Shown here: positions 48,557-57,683 of the stretch, piece by piece | Layout of the letters: every line of letters starts with the position of its first letter | Position numbering within the stretch: the stretch's first letter is position 1 | Assembly (NCBI GenBank): GCA_020347565.1 | Contig: CP070732.1 | Coordinates: forward strand, 514,681 to 578,680 | Source of the DNA: Methanobacteriota archaeon | GTDB lineage: Archaea; Thermoplasmatota; Thermoplasmata; UBA10834 | Direction of reading: 5' to 3' | DNA length: 64,000 nt | Made by a program: the position numbers and the translations under genes | Notes under the pieces: model-generated | Database searches by the model: none | Seen by the model: only the letters and a program-made list of their open reading frames with translations | What the model was told of the DNA's origin: nothing

Positions 48557-48955
48557 TATTACGACGACCACCGCGACAGCGGCGAGAGCCAGAGCCGCCA
48601 CAGCCATTCTCGCGTCGGAGCCGTATGCGATCGGTATGGGACCGATGAGTACGACGCCTCCGACACGCGGTCTCTCGCGGGTAGCACGGCGTCCATCCGC
48701 CGTCTCCGTCGAACCTCGGAACTGGCCCTCGGGTGCGCCGACTCCTCCGATCATAGCCGCAAAGCCTGCAAGAATGCTCGCCACGACGAGGCCGACACCC
48801 AGCAGGAACAGCCCGCTCGAGCCGGAGAACACTGGAAACACGAGGAACAGGGACGCTTCCGCCTCTCCGGTAGCGACGGCTGCCGCGACGGCGGTGGCCC
48901 CTGTAACGAACAGGGCGATTGGGATTACGATCCTAGGGTTCAAGACGAACCACAC
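48536..48955 (-). CDS. DUF131 (TIGR00304) membrane protein
   Basis: GGVVLIGPIPIAYGSD signature. Confidence 0.8.
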   Translation of the reverse strand: MWFVLNPRIVIPIALFVTGATAVAAAVATGEAEASLFLVFPVFSGSSGLFLLGVGLVVASILAGFAAMIGGVGAPEGQFRGSTETADGRRATRERPRVGGVVLIGPIPIAYGSDARMAVAALALAAVAVVVVILLLLLL

Positions 48956-49083
48956 CCTCTGCTTAGGGAGTCAGCCTCTGCACTGCTCCATCACACCTTG
49001 GCTATTATCTACTTTTCCATGTCGCCAGCCCACCGACAAGCCTTTTATCGCATTCGGCCAATCACGGTTTGCCGGCGGCAGCC

Positions 49084-50031
49084 ATGGCAACTCTGAAGGA
49101 TCACCTGGTCGAGCTCCTCGAATCGAGGCGGTTCAGGGTGGAGGAGAAGCACGGATACCTGTACGGCACTCGGGACGACATCTCGGTGGTGATCATGGCG
49201 GCCAGCGATATGCTTTCCGACGACATCCAGGATTTCATCCGGAACGTCGGGGACTTCAATGGCAGGAAGGTTGTGGCGTCCCTTTCAGGGATGGACGAGA
49301 GCGTACAGAAGCATCTGCAGGAGAAGGGCATCCACTATTGGGGGCGGGAGGAGATGGAGCACGAGATTGGCAACCTCCACCTGGGCTCCCTCTCGGAAGA
49401 GGCCACTGGCAGCCTATTGGAGGAGGTCATATCCGACGAGTTCCCCCAGACTCCGACCGAGCCGCACGAGCAGGCCGTGCCCATAATCGTCGAGAGCACC
49501 GAGGAGCATGCCGAGCAGATAGTGAAGCCGACGATCACGCTCGAAGATGTAAGGTATCTGGCAAGGCATGAGATACAGGGCTATCGGTTCGACCTTGAAC
49601 TGATACCACATTTCCTCTTCCACTATTTGCTCAACATCGACGATAAGCGTCAGCGGGCGGGGATAGTCGCCGTGAACGCCCTGACGGAGCATATCGAGAC
49701 CTGGCGCTGGGGGTTCGAACTCGTCGACTCGATCGACACCCCCAGCTCCAAAAGGGAGCCGAAGGTCGACGAGGAGCGGGCCGTTGAGATGGCGAGGGAT
49801 GCTGTCGCCAAGGAGTACAGATCTTATGTCGAGACGGTGCGGGACTTCGGGCATTCGGAGATAATTGAGCGGTCGAAGCCACGCCCAGACGCCATGGTCA
49901 TAGAGCCCAAGGGGTTGGTCTATCTTCCAGTATGGGCCGTCGAAGGCAAGGGTGGCGCCATGCTGGTCAACTCCTCCAGCGGCAAGATAATCAGCGAACA
50001 CCTCCACGGGCCGGAGGCTAAACAAGGTTGA
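49084..50031 (+). CDS. hypothetical protein with an N-terminal restriction-endonuclease-like domain
   Basis: LLESRRFRV...GIHYWGRE resembles a degenerate Mrr-type domain; C-terminal LVYLPVW. Confidence 0.55.
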   Translation: MATLKDHLVELLESRRFRVEEKHGYLYGTRDDISVVIMAASDMLSDDIQDFIRNVGDFNGRKVVASLSGMDESVQKHLQEKGIHYWGREEMEHEIGNLHLGSLSEEATGSLLEEVISDEFPQTPTEPHEQAVPIIVESTEEHAEQIVKPTITLEDVRYLARHEIQGYRFDLELIPHFLFHYLLNIDDKRQRAGIVAVNALTEHIETWRWGFELVDSIDTPSSKREPKVDEERAVEMARDAVAKEYRSYVETVRDFGHSEIIERSKPRPDAMVIEPKGLVYLPVWAVEGKGGAMLVNSSSGKIISEHLHGPEAKQG

Positions 50032-50482
50032 GCCTTCTGAACCTGTCCATTATGCCGTGCCAGTGAGAGCCCTTCCAGTACACCTTTCCGCAAGAACTGC
50101 ACCTCCAGAAGGCTTCGTTGCTCTCGAGTGCCCCCTCCGGCACGACGCCTGCCGCCTCCTCCTTAGGCAGATCGGCGAGAGGACCGTTGCAGGCAGAGCA
50201 CCTTATCGCCTTCTCGTCAAAGGTCAGCTGGAACCTCTCGGCGACGCACTTGATCTGCGCCTCAAGGTCGTCGGATTCGACCATTAGAGAGCCAGGTTGC
50301 TTTGCGAGCTCCCGGTCTCTCGTTATTATGTGCCGGTTCTCGGAGGCGGCCATGCTGATGATTGTCTCATCCCTCATGTCCTTCTCGTAGGCCGTGTCGT
50401 ACCCGAGCATCCTAAGCCACCTCGCAAGCGAGCCCAGCATGCCGTCGGCCACGAACCTGGGGCGGGCGTCGGCCTCCGTCAC
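50018..50482 (-). CDS. Mut7-C RNase domain protein
   Basis: DGMLGSLARWLRMLGYD, TRD, CxxCN and CxxCGKVYWKGSH. Confidence 0.92.
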   Translation of the reverse strand: MTEADARPRFVADGMLGSLARWLRMLGYDTAYEKDMRDETIISMAASENRHIITRDRELAKQPGSLMVESDDLEAQIKCVAERFQLTFDEKAIRCSACNGPLADLPKEEAAGVVPEGALESNEAFWRCSSCGKVYWKGSHWHGIMDRFRRLNLV

Positions 50483-51132
50483 TTCGTCACCTCGTACTTG
50501 AGGAGTACGCCGTTGCCGATGACCTCTGCCTTCATTAGCCTGAGCTCGACAGCCTCCTCCACAGAGGCCGCTCCTTCGCCTCCGGCCGGCGTGGGGGAGG
50601 TATCTCCGCCTATTACGATGCTGCCGATGAACAGGTACAGCTCGTCGGCCAACCGGGATCTCAGAAACGACCAGATTACTTCCGCGCCCCCCTCTACGAG
50701 CACGGACCCGATCCCCTTCTCCTCGAGCATCGACACCAGTCTCGCAATGTCCACGCGCCCTATGCCGCATCGCAGCACCTCCGCATTGGGCAGCTCGACC
50801 GAGCAGTCCTCAGACGTGACTATGATCGTCCTGGCCTCGCCGTTCAGAACCATAGAATCCGGCGGCGTGCGTCCCTTCGAGTCGAGAACGATCCTGACGG
50901 GGTTCCTCGCGTCACGCACGTACTTCTCCTTGACGGTCAGCTTCGGATCGTCGGTCAGCACCGTCCCCACGCCGACGAGCACGGCGTCGACGGAACTCCT
51001 CAGCTCGTGCACGCGCTTCTTGTCGGCCTCGTTCGATATCTCGGTTTGCTTTCTGCTCTTCAAGGCGATCTTTCCGTCTGCGGACATGGCACAGTTGATG
51101 ATGACCTTCACACGTATCGCCAAAGGATTCAC
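50479..51132 (-). CDS. arfC: 2,5-diamino-6-ribosylamino-4(3H)-pyrimidinone 5'-phosphate reductase
   Basis: AMSADGKIA, VGVGTVLTDDPKLT and VEGG (RibD C-terminal-like domain only). Confidence 0.88.
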   Translation of the reverse strand: MNPLAIRVKVIINCAMSADGKIALKSRKQTEISNEADKKRVHELRSSVDAVLVGVGTVLTDDPKLTVKEKYVRDARNPVRIVLDSKGRTPPDSMVLNGEARTIIVTSEDCSVELPNAEVLRCGIGRVDIARLVSMLEEKGIGSVLVEGGAEVIWSFLRSRLADELYLFIGSIVIGGDTSPTPAGGEGAASVEEAVELRLMKAEVIGNGVLLKYEVTK

Positions 51133-51233
51133 ATCGCCTCCTAAGAACCTTTCTGGTCCCGGAGCCTGAGTCGGTGTAGCTGTGAGCCACTGACTGTTGC
51201 CATCGCGGCGAGCGCCCATCTCCCAAGGCTTAT

Positions 51234-52031
51234 ATGGCGACTATTTCATTCAGGCAGATGATGGATTCCCCCGGCATAGACGTCTACGAGATAAGGCGTA
51301 TGGACCTGAAGGGCGCCACCATAATCGACGGTTTCCCGAGCGTGGGACTCGTCAGCTCGATCTCTGCGAACTACCTCATCAAGGTCTTGAACATGGAGCA
51401 GATCGGCATCATGGACTCGGAGTACTTCCCGACAGTGTCACTCATACGCGACTCGAAACCGCTCAGCCCAGTGAGGATCTATGCCGGCGAGAAGGAGCGG
51501 CGCGGCGACCAGATCGTTGCCTTCATATCGGAGTTCCAGCCGCCTGCCGCGCTCATCAGGCCCATATCTCACGCGCTCGTGGGATGGGCTATCGAGCAGC
51601 GTTGCAAGATGATAGTCTCACCCGAGGGCCTTGTAGTAGATCCCGAACTCAGGGACACCACGGACATCAGCGACGTCGTGTTCGGCATAGCCAGCACGCC
51701 CCAGGCGAGGGAGCTTCTGAAGGAGAACAACATACGCACGTTCGAGGAGGGTGTCATCTCGGGCGTCGCGGGCGTGCTGCTCAACGAGGGCAGGAAACGC
51801 GACTTCAAGGTCGTCACGCTCCTGGCCGAAGCGCACCCTGACTTCCCCGATGCCAGGGCTGCCGCGCTCGTGCTGGAGGCCATCGACAAGATCCTGCTGG
51901 GGATCGAGTTCGACGCCAAACCTCTGTTCGAGGAGGCCCAGCGGATAGAGGAGCACATTAAGGAGATACAGAAGCAGGCAGTCGTCAGCAAGGACAGCCG
52001 CGAGGTGCCCCGCCCAGCGATGTACGGCTAG
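51234..52031 (+). CDS. proteasome assembly chaperone (PAC2 family)
   Basis: GFPSVGLVSSI, PDARAAA and the C-terminal MYG motif. Confidence 0.9.
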   Translation: MATISFRQMMDSPGIDVYEIRRMDLKGATIIDGFPSVGLVSSISANYLIKVLNMEQIGIMDSEYFPTVSLIRDSKPLSPVRIYAGEKERRGDQIVAFISEFQPPAALIRPISHALVGWAIEQRCKMIVSPEGLVVDPELRDTTDISDVVFGIASTPQARELLKENNIRTFEEGVISGVAGVLLNEGRKRDFKVVTLLAEAHPDFPDARAAALVLEAIDKILLGIEFDAKPLFEEAQRIEEHIKEIQKQAVVSKDSREVPRPAMYG

Positions 52032-53044
52032 TCGACGGCGACCTCGACGAGCCCTTCTTTCTCTGTTGTCGAGAATTCGCGCCCGAGAAGCGTCTCTATG
52101 ACCCACATGTTCGTCTTCGCGTGCGGTGTCAGCTCCTCAGCGAGCACGACGGAGCTGCCCTTCGCGAGCGCCATGTAGGGCAGTATCTGGTCGAGCATGT
52201 GCGAGTCGACAGTCGCGCCTGAGTCGACAGTCTCCATCAGATCCGAAGCGCAGCCTTCACCCAACTCCTCGCTTCTAAGTCCCTTCCGCCCAAGCGATGA
52301 CTCGCCGAGCAACGCGTTCTCGCACTCGGCGTACAACACGATGCCTGCCCCTGTGCTCCCGCCGGTCCGGACGTCCGAATCCACCTTGACGCGCTCGAAC
52401 GAGAGCAGGCGCTTGAACGCCGCATGCTTCATGCGACTGACGACATGATCCGGAAGGTTCTGGGAATACGCCACGCCGCCGATGCGGCGCACGCCGCCCT
52501 TGGAATCGAGTTTCACAGGACGGAGGGCCCCACATGGCGCGATGTCCATGCGCACCTCTCCTCCACCTTCGGGATAGAAGCCCCTCGACACCAGGTCGAG
52601 GGACGCCTTGATGTCGAATCTCTCTGCGATTGCCAAGTGGACGGATGTGAGATAGTCGATGGGAGGTGACCAGTTCACGTCCGTCCCACCGGTTACGCAG
52701 AGCTCTGTTCGCCTTTTGGACGCCGACGCTACGAGGATGCAGCTCTGCAGGACAAGCGATATGCTGCCGGCCGTGCCTATGTCGAATCTGAAACTGCCGC
52801 CCAGCACACTCTCTGGTCGGAATGCGATCTCGCGAGCCCCTGGTGCCAGCCCCTCAACGGACGCGTCGGAGAGCGCAGCGACGGCCTCTATACTGGTCAG
52901 ATGCTGCGGCGATAGTCCGGGGCGGGGGCGTCCTGCCCTGATGTTCACGACCTTTACATCCTCACCTGTGACGGCGGACAGGGCGACCGTCGTTCGAAGT
53001 ATCTGTCCTCCGCCTTCTCCATGGGAGCCATCGACCTCGATCAC
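52028..53044 (-). CDS. rtcA: RNA 3'-terminal phosphate cyclase
   Basis: DGSHGEGGGQILR, GGTDV, GFYPEGGG and HAKTN. Confidence 0.95.
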   Translation of the reverse strand: MIEVDGSHGEGGGQILRTTVALSAVTGEDVKVVNIRAGRPRPGLSPQHLTSIEAVAALSDASVEGLAPGAREIAFRPESVLGGSFRFDIGTAGSISLVLQSCILVASASKRRTELCVTGGTDVNWSPPIDYLTSVHLAIAERFDIKASLDLVSRGFYPEGGGEVRMDIAPCGALRPVKLDSKGGVRRIGGVAYSQNLPDHVVSRMKHAAFKRLLSFERVKVDSDVRTGGSTGAGIVLYAECENALLGESSLGRKGLRSEELGEGCASDLMETVDSGATVDSHMLDQILPYMALAKGSSVVLAEELTPHAKTNMWVIETLLGREFSTTEKEGLVEVAVD

Positions 53045-54315
53045 TTTTCACACCTTGTGGGTCTGCCAAACCTCTTCCGTAGGATGTCCGATATGAAGAA
53101 GACTATCATCATCACGACGGCGAGCGCTACGAGAGCCGCGGCGAAGTACAGGAGCCAGACGGGAGCGCGATCGTCACCGCTGATGACGATTATCGCCAGG
53201 CCTATGCTCTCTGCGATGAACGCTCCGAACCCGAGGGCGAAGGAATATAGTCCCATGGTCGCGCCGTAGCAGTCCTCGCTTGACGAGTCCGCCATGAGTG
53301 CCAGTGCGGCGGGTACGAACGCCCCAGCACCGAGGCCGAGGATTCCAAGCGGCACAAGGCCGATTAGCTTGAACTCGATATCGCCGTCGACCCTTGTATA
53401 GATGGAATCCGAGAAGAAGAGGACCATTGCGACGATACCCATTATGCTGAACACGCCGTATGCCATGACCGGGATTCTGCCGACTATGTCGGAGACCTTC
53501 CCCCAGAACGGCTGGAGGAGGCCGAGGGCGACCCCCGCGGCGCCGAACAGGATGCCGATGGTGCTGCCGCTTACGTTTTCGCTCAGCATGATCCGGGGAA
53601 GATACGTGATGGCCAGGCCGAGTAGCGTCGCGATTATCAGCCAGATCGGGAACATGAGCCTGACCTCCCTGATCTTGAACACCTTCTTGAGGCTCTTTAG
53701 GCCGACCATGCTTTCGGATTTGGCGCACACCTTCTCCTTCTTAACGAATGTCTGTAGCAGTATGGCAGACACAGCGAGGAGGCCAGCCATTATCAGAAAC
53801 CCGCTCTTCGCGCCGACCAGGTCGATCAGGAAGCCGCCCACGACAGCTCCTATTATGTAGCCTATGAAGGTGGCGTAGTCGAACCATCCCATCTGCCTCC
53901 CGCGGTCGCACGAGTGCGCATGATCGGCAATCATCGCTATTGCAGGCGCGACGGTGGCCGCCGCACCGATGCCGTGTATTCCGTGCATCGCTGCGAGATA
54001 CCAGACATTGTTCGATATCGTGTACAGGACTACTATGGATGCCGCCAGGGTGGTTCCGAGGACGATTATGGGCTTCCTTCCTGTCCTGTCGCTCAGCATC
54101 CCGAAGTAGTTGGCGGTTAGCATCTCCGCCAACGGGTATGGCACCGCGATTATCGCGACGTTGAGCAGCCCCTCGTAGTCCGTTTCGGAAGGCACGTACT
54201 TCGCTATGATCAGAAGCAGTGCGCCGAAAGCCACCCTGAGGAAGAAGGTGGATATGTAGAGCACCCTGAGATACATCGGCGTCCTGATGCCTCTGCCTCT
54301 CAGGAATCGGAACAT
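53041..54315 (-). CDS. MFS transporter
   Basis: About 12 TM segments; motif A GMLSDRTGRK and GKVSDIVGR. Confidence 0.9.
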   Translation of the reverse strand: MFRFLRGRGIRTPMYLRVLYISTFFLRVAFGALLLIIAKYVPSETDYEGLLNVAIIAVPYPLAEMLTANYFGMLSDRTGRKPIIVLGTTLAASIVVLYTISNNVWYLAAMHGIHGIGAAATVAPAIAMIADHAHSCDRGRQMGWFDYATFIGYIIGAVVGGFLIDLVGAKSGFLIMAGLLAVSAILLQTFVKKEKVCAKSESMVGLKSLKKVFKIREVRLMFPIWLIIATLLGLAITYLPRIMLSENVSGSTIGILFGAAGVALGLLQPFWGKVSDIVGRIPVMAYGVFSIMGIVAMVLFFSDSIYTRVDGDIEFKLIGLVPLGILGLGAGAFVPAALALMADSSSEDCYGATMGLYSFALGFGAFIAESIGLAIIVISGDDRAPVWLLYFAAALVALAVVMMIVFFISDILRKRFGRPTRCEK

Positions 54316-54463
54316 GATAGCCTGGCAGATTGTCGAGTTACTTAATTCTTGTGCAGTCGTCCTGTGCAGTCGCGTAGTTTGCGACCTGCACGCGGGCGCG
54401 GCCGCCGGCCTTCCTCAGATGGCTTTAAATATCCACCTCTCATAAGCGTGACGGGACGCTACG

Positions 54464-55510
54464 ATGGCCCTGGAAGCGACCTCAATTCTCGCTCTTGTAG
54501 GTGCTCTCCTGGTCATCCTCCTGAGCTGCGAGGTGTTCACCAACGGCATCGAATGGCTCGGGTGCCGCCTCGGAATGTCGGAGACAGCGACCGGAAGCCT
54601 GTTGGCTGCCGTCGGGACGGCCATGCCGGAGACGGTGATTCCCATCATCGCGATATTCTTCGGCAGCGAGGCCGAGGGAGAGGAGATCGGCGAGGGCGCG
54701 ATTCTTGGCGCCCCCTTCATGCTCGGGACACTGGCGATGTTCGTCGGCGGCATCGCGGTGTTGCTGGCCTATAAGGCCGGCAGGCGAGGCCCCAACCTCG
54801 AGCTCCACAAGGGACACGTGGAGCGCGACCTTCGCTTCTTCATGCTCGCCTACTCGCTGGCGCTTCTGACGGGCCTCCTCGGCATGCAGGAGGAGGTCGA
54901 CCTCAAAGGAGTGAACTACTTCGTGGCCGTGCTCTTGATTCTGATCTATGTCGTCTACGTGCGAAGGACCTTGAGAGATGAGCATCACATCGAGGAGAGC
55001 AGCTGTCCAGTTCTCTACATGACTCGGGCAACTGGAATTCCGAATGTGGGGAGACGCGGCTTAGTCATGATATCCTTTCAGGTCGTCGCTGCGCTCATAG
55101 GAATCATAGTCGGGGCGAAGTTCTTCGTGGACCAGGTAGAGCACCTCTCGACGGCCCTGAACGTTCCGGCGATGATCTTGGCCTTCCTGGTCGCGCCGAT
55201 CGCGACAGAGCTGCCCGAGAAGTTCAACAGCTTCATATGGTATTGGCGTTCCAAAGACGTGCTTGCGCTCGGCAATATAACGGGCGCGATGGTGTTCCAG
55301 AGCAGTATCCCAGTCACGATAGGTCTGTTGTTCACGAGCTGGGTCCTCGCACCCATCAACATCGCGAGTATCCTGATAGCATTGGTCGCCGCGGCGTGGA
55401 TCTACCACTGTGTGAGGAGGTCGAAAGGCGTGTGCTACAGAACCCTGATCGCCTCGGGCTCCATGTACGTGCTGTACATCATCCTGCTGTTCGTCGGGCT
55501 TCACCCTTGA
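54464..55510 (+). CDS. Na+/Ca2+ (CaCA family) antiporter
   Basis: Alpha repeats AVGTAMPE and PIATELPE; LGNITGA. Confidence 0.9.
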   Translation: MALEATSILALVGALLVILLSCEVFTNGIEWLGCRLGMSETATGSLLAAVGTAMPETVIPIIAIFFGSEAEGEEIGEGAILGAPFMLGTLAMFVGGIAVLLAYKAGRRGPNLELHKGHVERDLRFFMLAYSLALLTGLLGMQEEVDLKGVNYFVAVLLILIYVVYVRRTLRDEHHIEESSCPVLYMTRATGIPNVGRRGLVMISFQVVAALIGIIVGAKFFVDQVEHLSTALNVPAMILAFLVAPIATELPEKFNSFIWYWRSKDVLALGNITGAMVFQSSIPVTIGLLFTSWVLAPINIASILIALVAAAWIYHCVRRSKGVCYRTLIASGSMYVLYIILLFVGLHP

Positions 55511-55595
55511 GCAGAGCAGCTGCGCTGCTCTGAACCAGATGCCGGCCGTTCCCGCATCCTGAAAAGGTATAAGTACGGACGATGGCCATTAGCGC

Positions 55596-55670
55596 CGCGG
55601 ATGGGATGACGCCAGTTCTTAGGTCCTGCAGGTGACATCCTCTTCCGCGAACCTGGATGGGATCAAAGAG
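55596..55670 (+). promoter_or_regulatory. structured 5' leader of the CPA2 antiporter
   Basis: Long hairpin at 55596-55649 beginning about 25 nt after the TATA box; GGATGGGAT duplicated at 55599 and 55655. Confidence 0.45.
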
Positions 55671-57464
55671 ATGGTCACGGAAGCCGAACTACTGTTCCAG
55701 CTCGGAGCGATACTCCTGCTCGCCTTCATCGCCGCGAGCCTCGCGGGCAGGGCTAACCAGTCCGTCATGGTCGGCTACATCGTGATAGGCATACTCATCG
55801 GGCCCAAGATGAGCTTCGAGCTCCTCGGTGTGGAGTACAACGGTCTCATAACCGATACCAGCCTCGTGGAGATTCTGTCGTTCGTGGGCCTCATCATGCT
55901 CATGTTCTTCGTCGGGCTCGAGTTCTCATTCTCGAAGCTCAAGAAGACCAAGACACCGGCAATCATACTGGCAATCATAGACACCAGCATAGGCCTGTTC
56001 GTGGGGTTCGTCTTCGCTTCCTATCTCGGATGGCCGCTGATTGACTCGATATTTCTCGCGGGCGTGATCGCGATGAGTAGCACGAGCATCGCGATGAAGA
56101 TACTTTTCGACCTCAAGCGAATGTCGAGCCCCGAGGTGGAGTTCCTCATAGGCCTCGTCGTCGTGGAGACGTTCATCGCGATGCTGATCCTGGCCGTCGC
56201 CAGCGGCATGATAATCGAGCCAGAAACCAATGCGGTAGCCTATGGCCAGCTACTGCTCGGCATGGCTGCCTTCTACGGATTCTTCGTGTGGGTCGCGATG
56301 TGGGCTGTGCCGAGAGTGGTCGCGTTCTTCAACAGGATAGACAACGACGAGCTCTTCATCCTATTCGCTCTTGGAATCGTCTTCCTGACGTGTGGCGTAG
56401 CAGCGGTGATGAACGTCCCGCCGATTATAGGCGCTTTCTTCATAGGTATGATACTCGCCGAGAGCAAAGTCTCTGCTCGGATACAGTCGAAGCTCGAGTC
56501 CTTCAAGGACGCCTTCGTCGCAATCTTCTTCACGTCGTTTGGGATGATGATAGACCCAGCGATGTTCGACACTGTGATATGGATGGTCCTACTGATAGTG
56601 CCGATAATCGTCTTCTACGAATCGATCGTCATCTCCGCCGTGTCGTACTTCATCGGCTTCTCGGCACGCGCTGCCTCCACGATAGGAACGAGCATGTGCG
56701 GCAGGGGAGTGGAATCGATCCTCTACGCGAGCGTGGGCAGCGAGGTCAGGGGCGCGACCATGGGCGCACAGCTGAATCCGTTCGCTGGGGCGCTGTGCTT
56801 CAGCATGAGTGCGATTGCGCCGTTCATGGTCAAGCACTCGGTGAAGTTCGCGAATACCATGGCGAGGATAGTGCCCAGGCCGCTCCGGTTCTCCGGCGCC
56901 ATCATCTCACGCACGCTGGGCAAGGTCGTCATGCCGTCACCGTTGAGGATATTCAAGGGCACGAAGCTCACGGGCGCTCTGCTCATGTCCTTCGTTATCA
57001 TGTCCGTGGCCGCTCTGATGGCTGACGGCATTCTTCATGTCATCTTCCTCGTGGCAGACTGCGCCCTCGCCGGAGCGATATACTACATCATCAGGTACGA
57101 GGTGTGGGAGATCGTGCGTCATGTCAACTACAGCAACATAGGCGTGAATGCGAACGATCGAACGCCGATAGTCGACCTGATAAGCAGCGTCGTCTTCGGG
57201 GCAGTGGCCTCCGCAGTCGTTATCGTGGCGGCATGGTCCTTCTTCTGGGAGGTTGGTGTCCTGGTCGCTGTCGGTTACGGCGTTTCCATCCTGGCCTTCA
57301 TGTACAAGGCGTACAAGGTACTGCACGTCGAGGGCCTCGGAGTGCCGAGCAGGGTGTACTCCTTCTCCCGACAGGCGGAGGCGCAGGAGGAGGACGAGGT
57401 GGTAGAGGTCCCGACGCCGGTGTACGGGGTCGTCAAGACGATGCCCAGGGACACGCGGCTCTGA
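55671..57464 (+). CDS. cation:proton antiporter (CPA2/KefB-like) with an extra C-terminal membrane domain
   Basis: GYIVIGILIGP, FFVGLEFS, SSTSIAMK, IGAFFIG and KDAFVAIFF. Confidence 0.88.
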   Translation: MVTEAELLFQLGAILLLAFIAASLAGRANQSVMVGYIVIGILIGPKMSFELLGVEYNGLITDTSLVEILSFVGLIMLMFFVGLEFSFSKLKKTKTPAIILAIIDTSIGLFVGFVFASYLGWPLIDSIFLAGVIAMSSTSIAMKILFDLKRMSSPEVEFLIGLVVVETFIAMLILAVASGMIIEPETNAVAYGQLLLGMAAFYGFFVWVAMWAVPRVVAFFNRIDNDELFILFALGIVFLTCGVAAVMNVPPIIGAFFIGMILAESKVSARIQSKLESFKDAFVAIFFTSFGMMIDPAMFDTVIWMVLLIVPIIVFYESIVISAVSYFIGFSARAASTIGTSMCGRGVESILYASVGSEVRGATMGAQLNPFAGALCFSMSAIAPFMVKHSVKFANTMARIVPRPLRFSGAIISRTLGKVVMPSPLRIFKGTKLTGALLMSFVIMSVAALMADGILHVIFLVADCALAGAIYYIIRYEVWEIVRHVNYSNIGVNANDRTPIVDLISSVVFGAVASAVVIVAAWSFFWEVGVLVAVGYGVSILAFMYKAYKVLHVEGLGVPSRVYSFSRQAEAQEEDEVVEVPTPVYGVVKTMPRDTRL

Positions 57465-57683
57465 AGCCTCATCTCTTCGGCCCGAACCCGTTTGCCGAGA
57501 CCGTCGCGGTCATCACGCTCTGGGCGTGGGGTTTTGTCTTCCCGGGAGCCCTCTTTCAGGTGTTCGGACGGGTATCGACAAGGACAACGCTCTAGGACGC
57601 CCATGCAAGGCTTTTAAGGGACAGTGTCGTTTCGACAGCCAAGATGGATGCCGCCGTGCCATGGCACAGCGGAGGCAGAGAAG

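Noticed and set aside
55576-55615. Resemblance to a fluoride riboswitch (GATGG...GATGACGCC)
   Set aside because: P1 and the pseudoknot do not pair, and the 5' part lies between the TATA box and the likely TSS.
57479-57535. CCCGAACCCG and GGGGTT pieces recalling the c-di-AMP (ydaO) riboswitch; a 5S-like CCGAACAC on the - strand
   Set aside because: The elements are in the wrong order and the other conserved blocks are missing.
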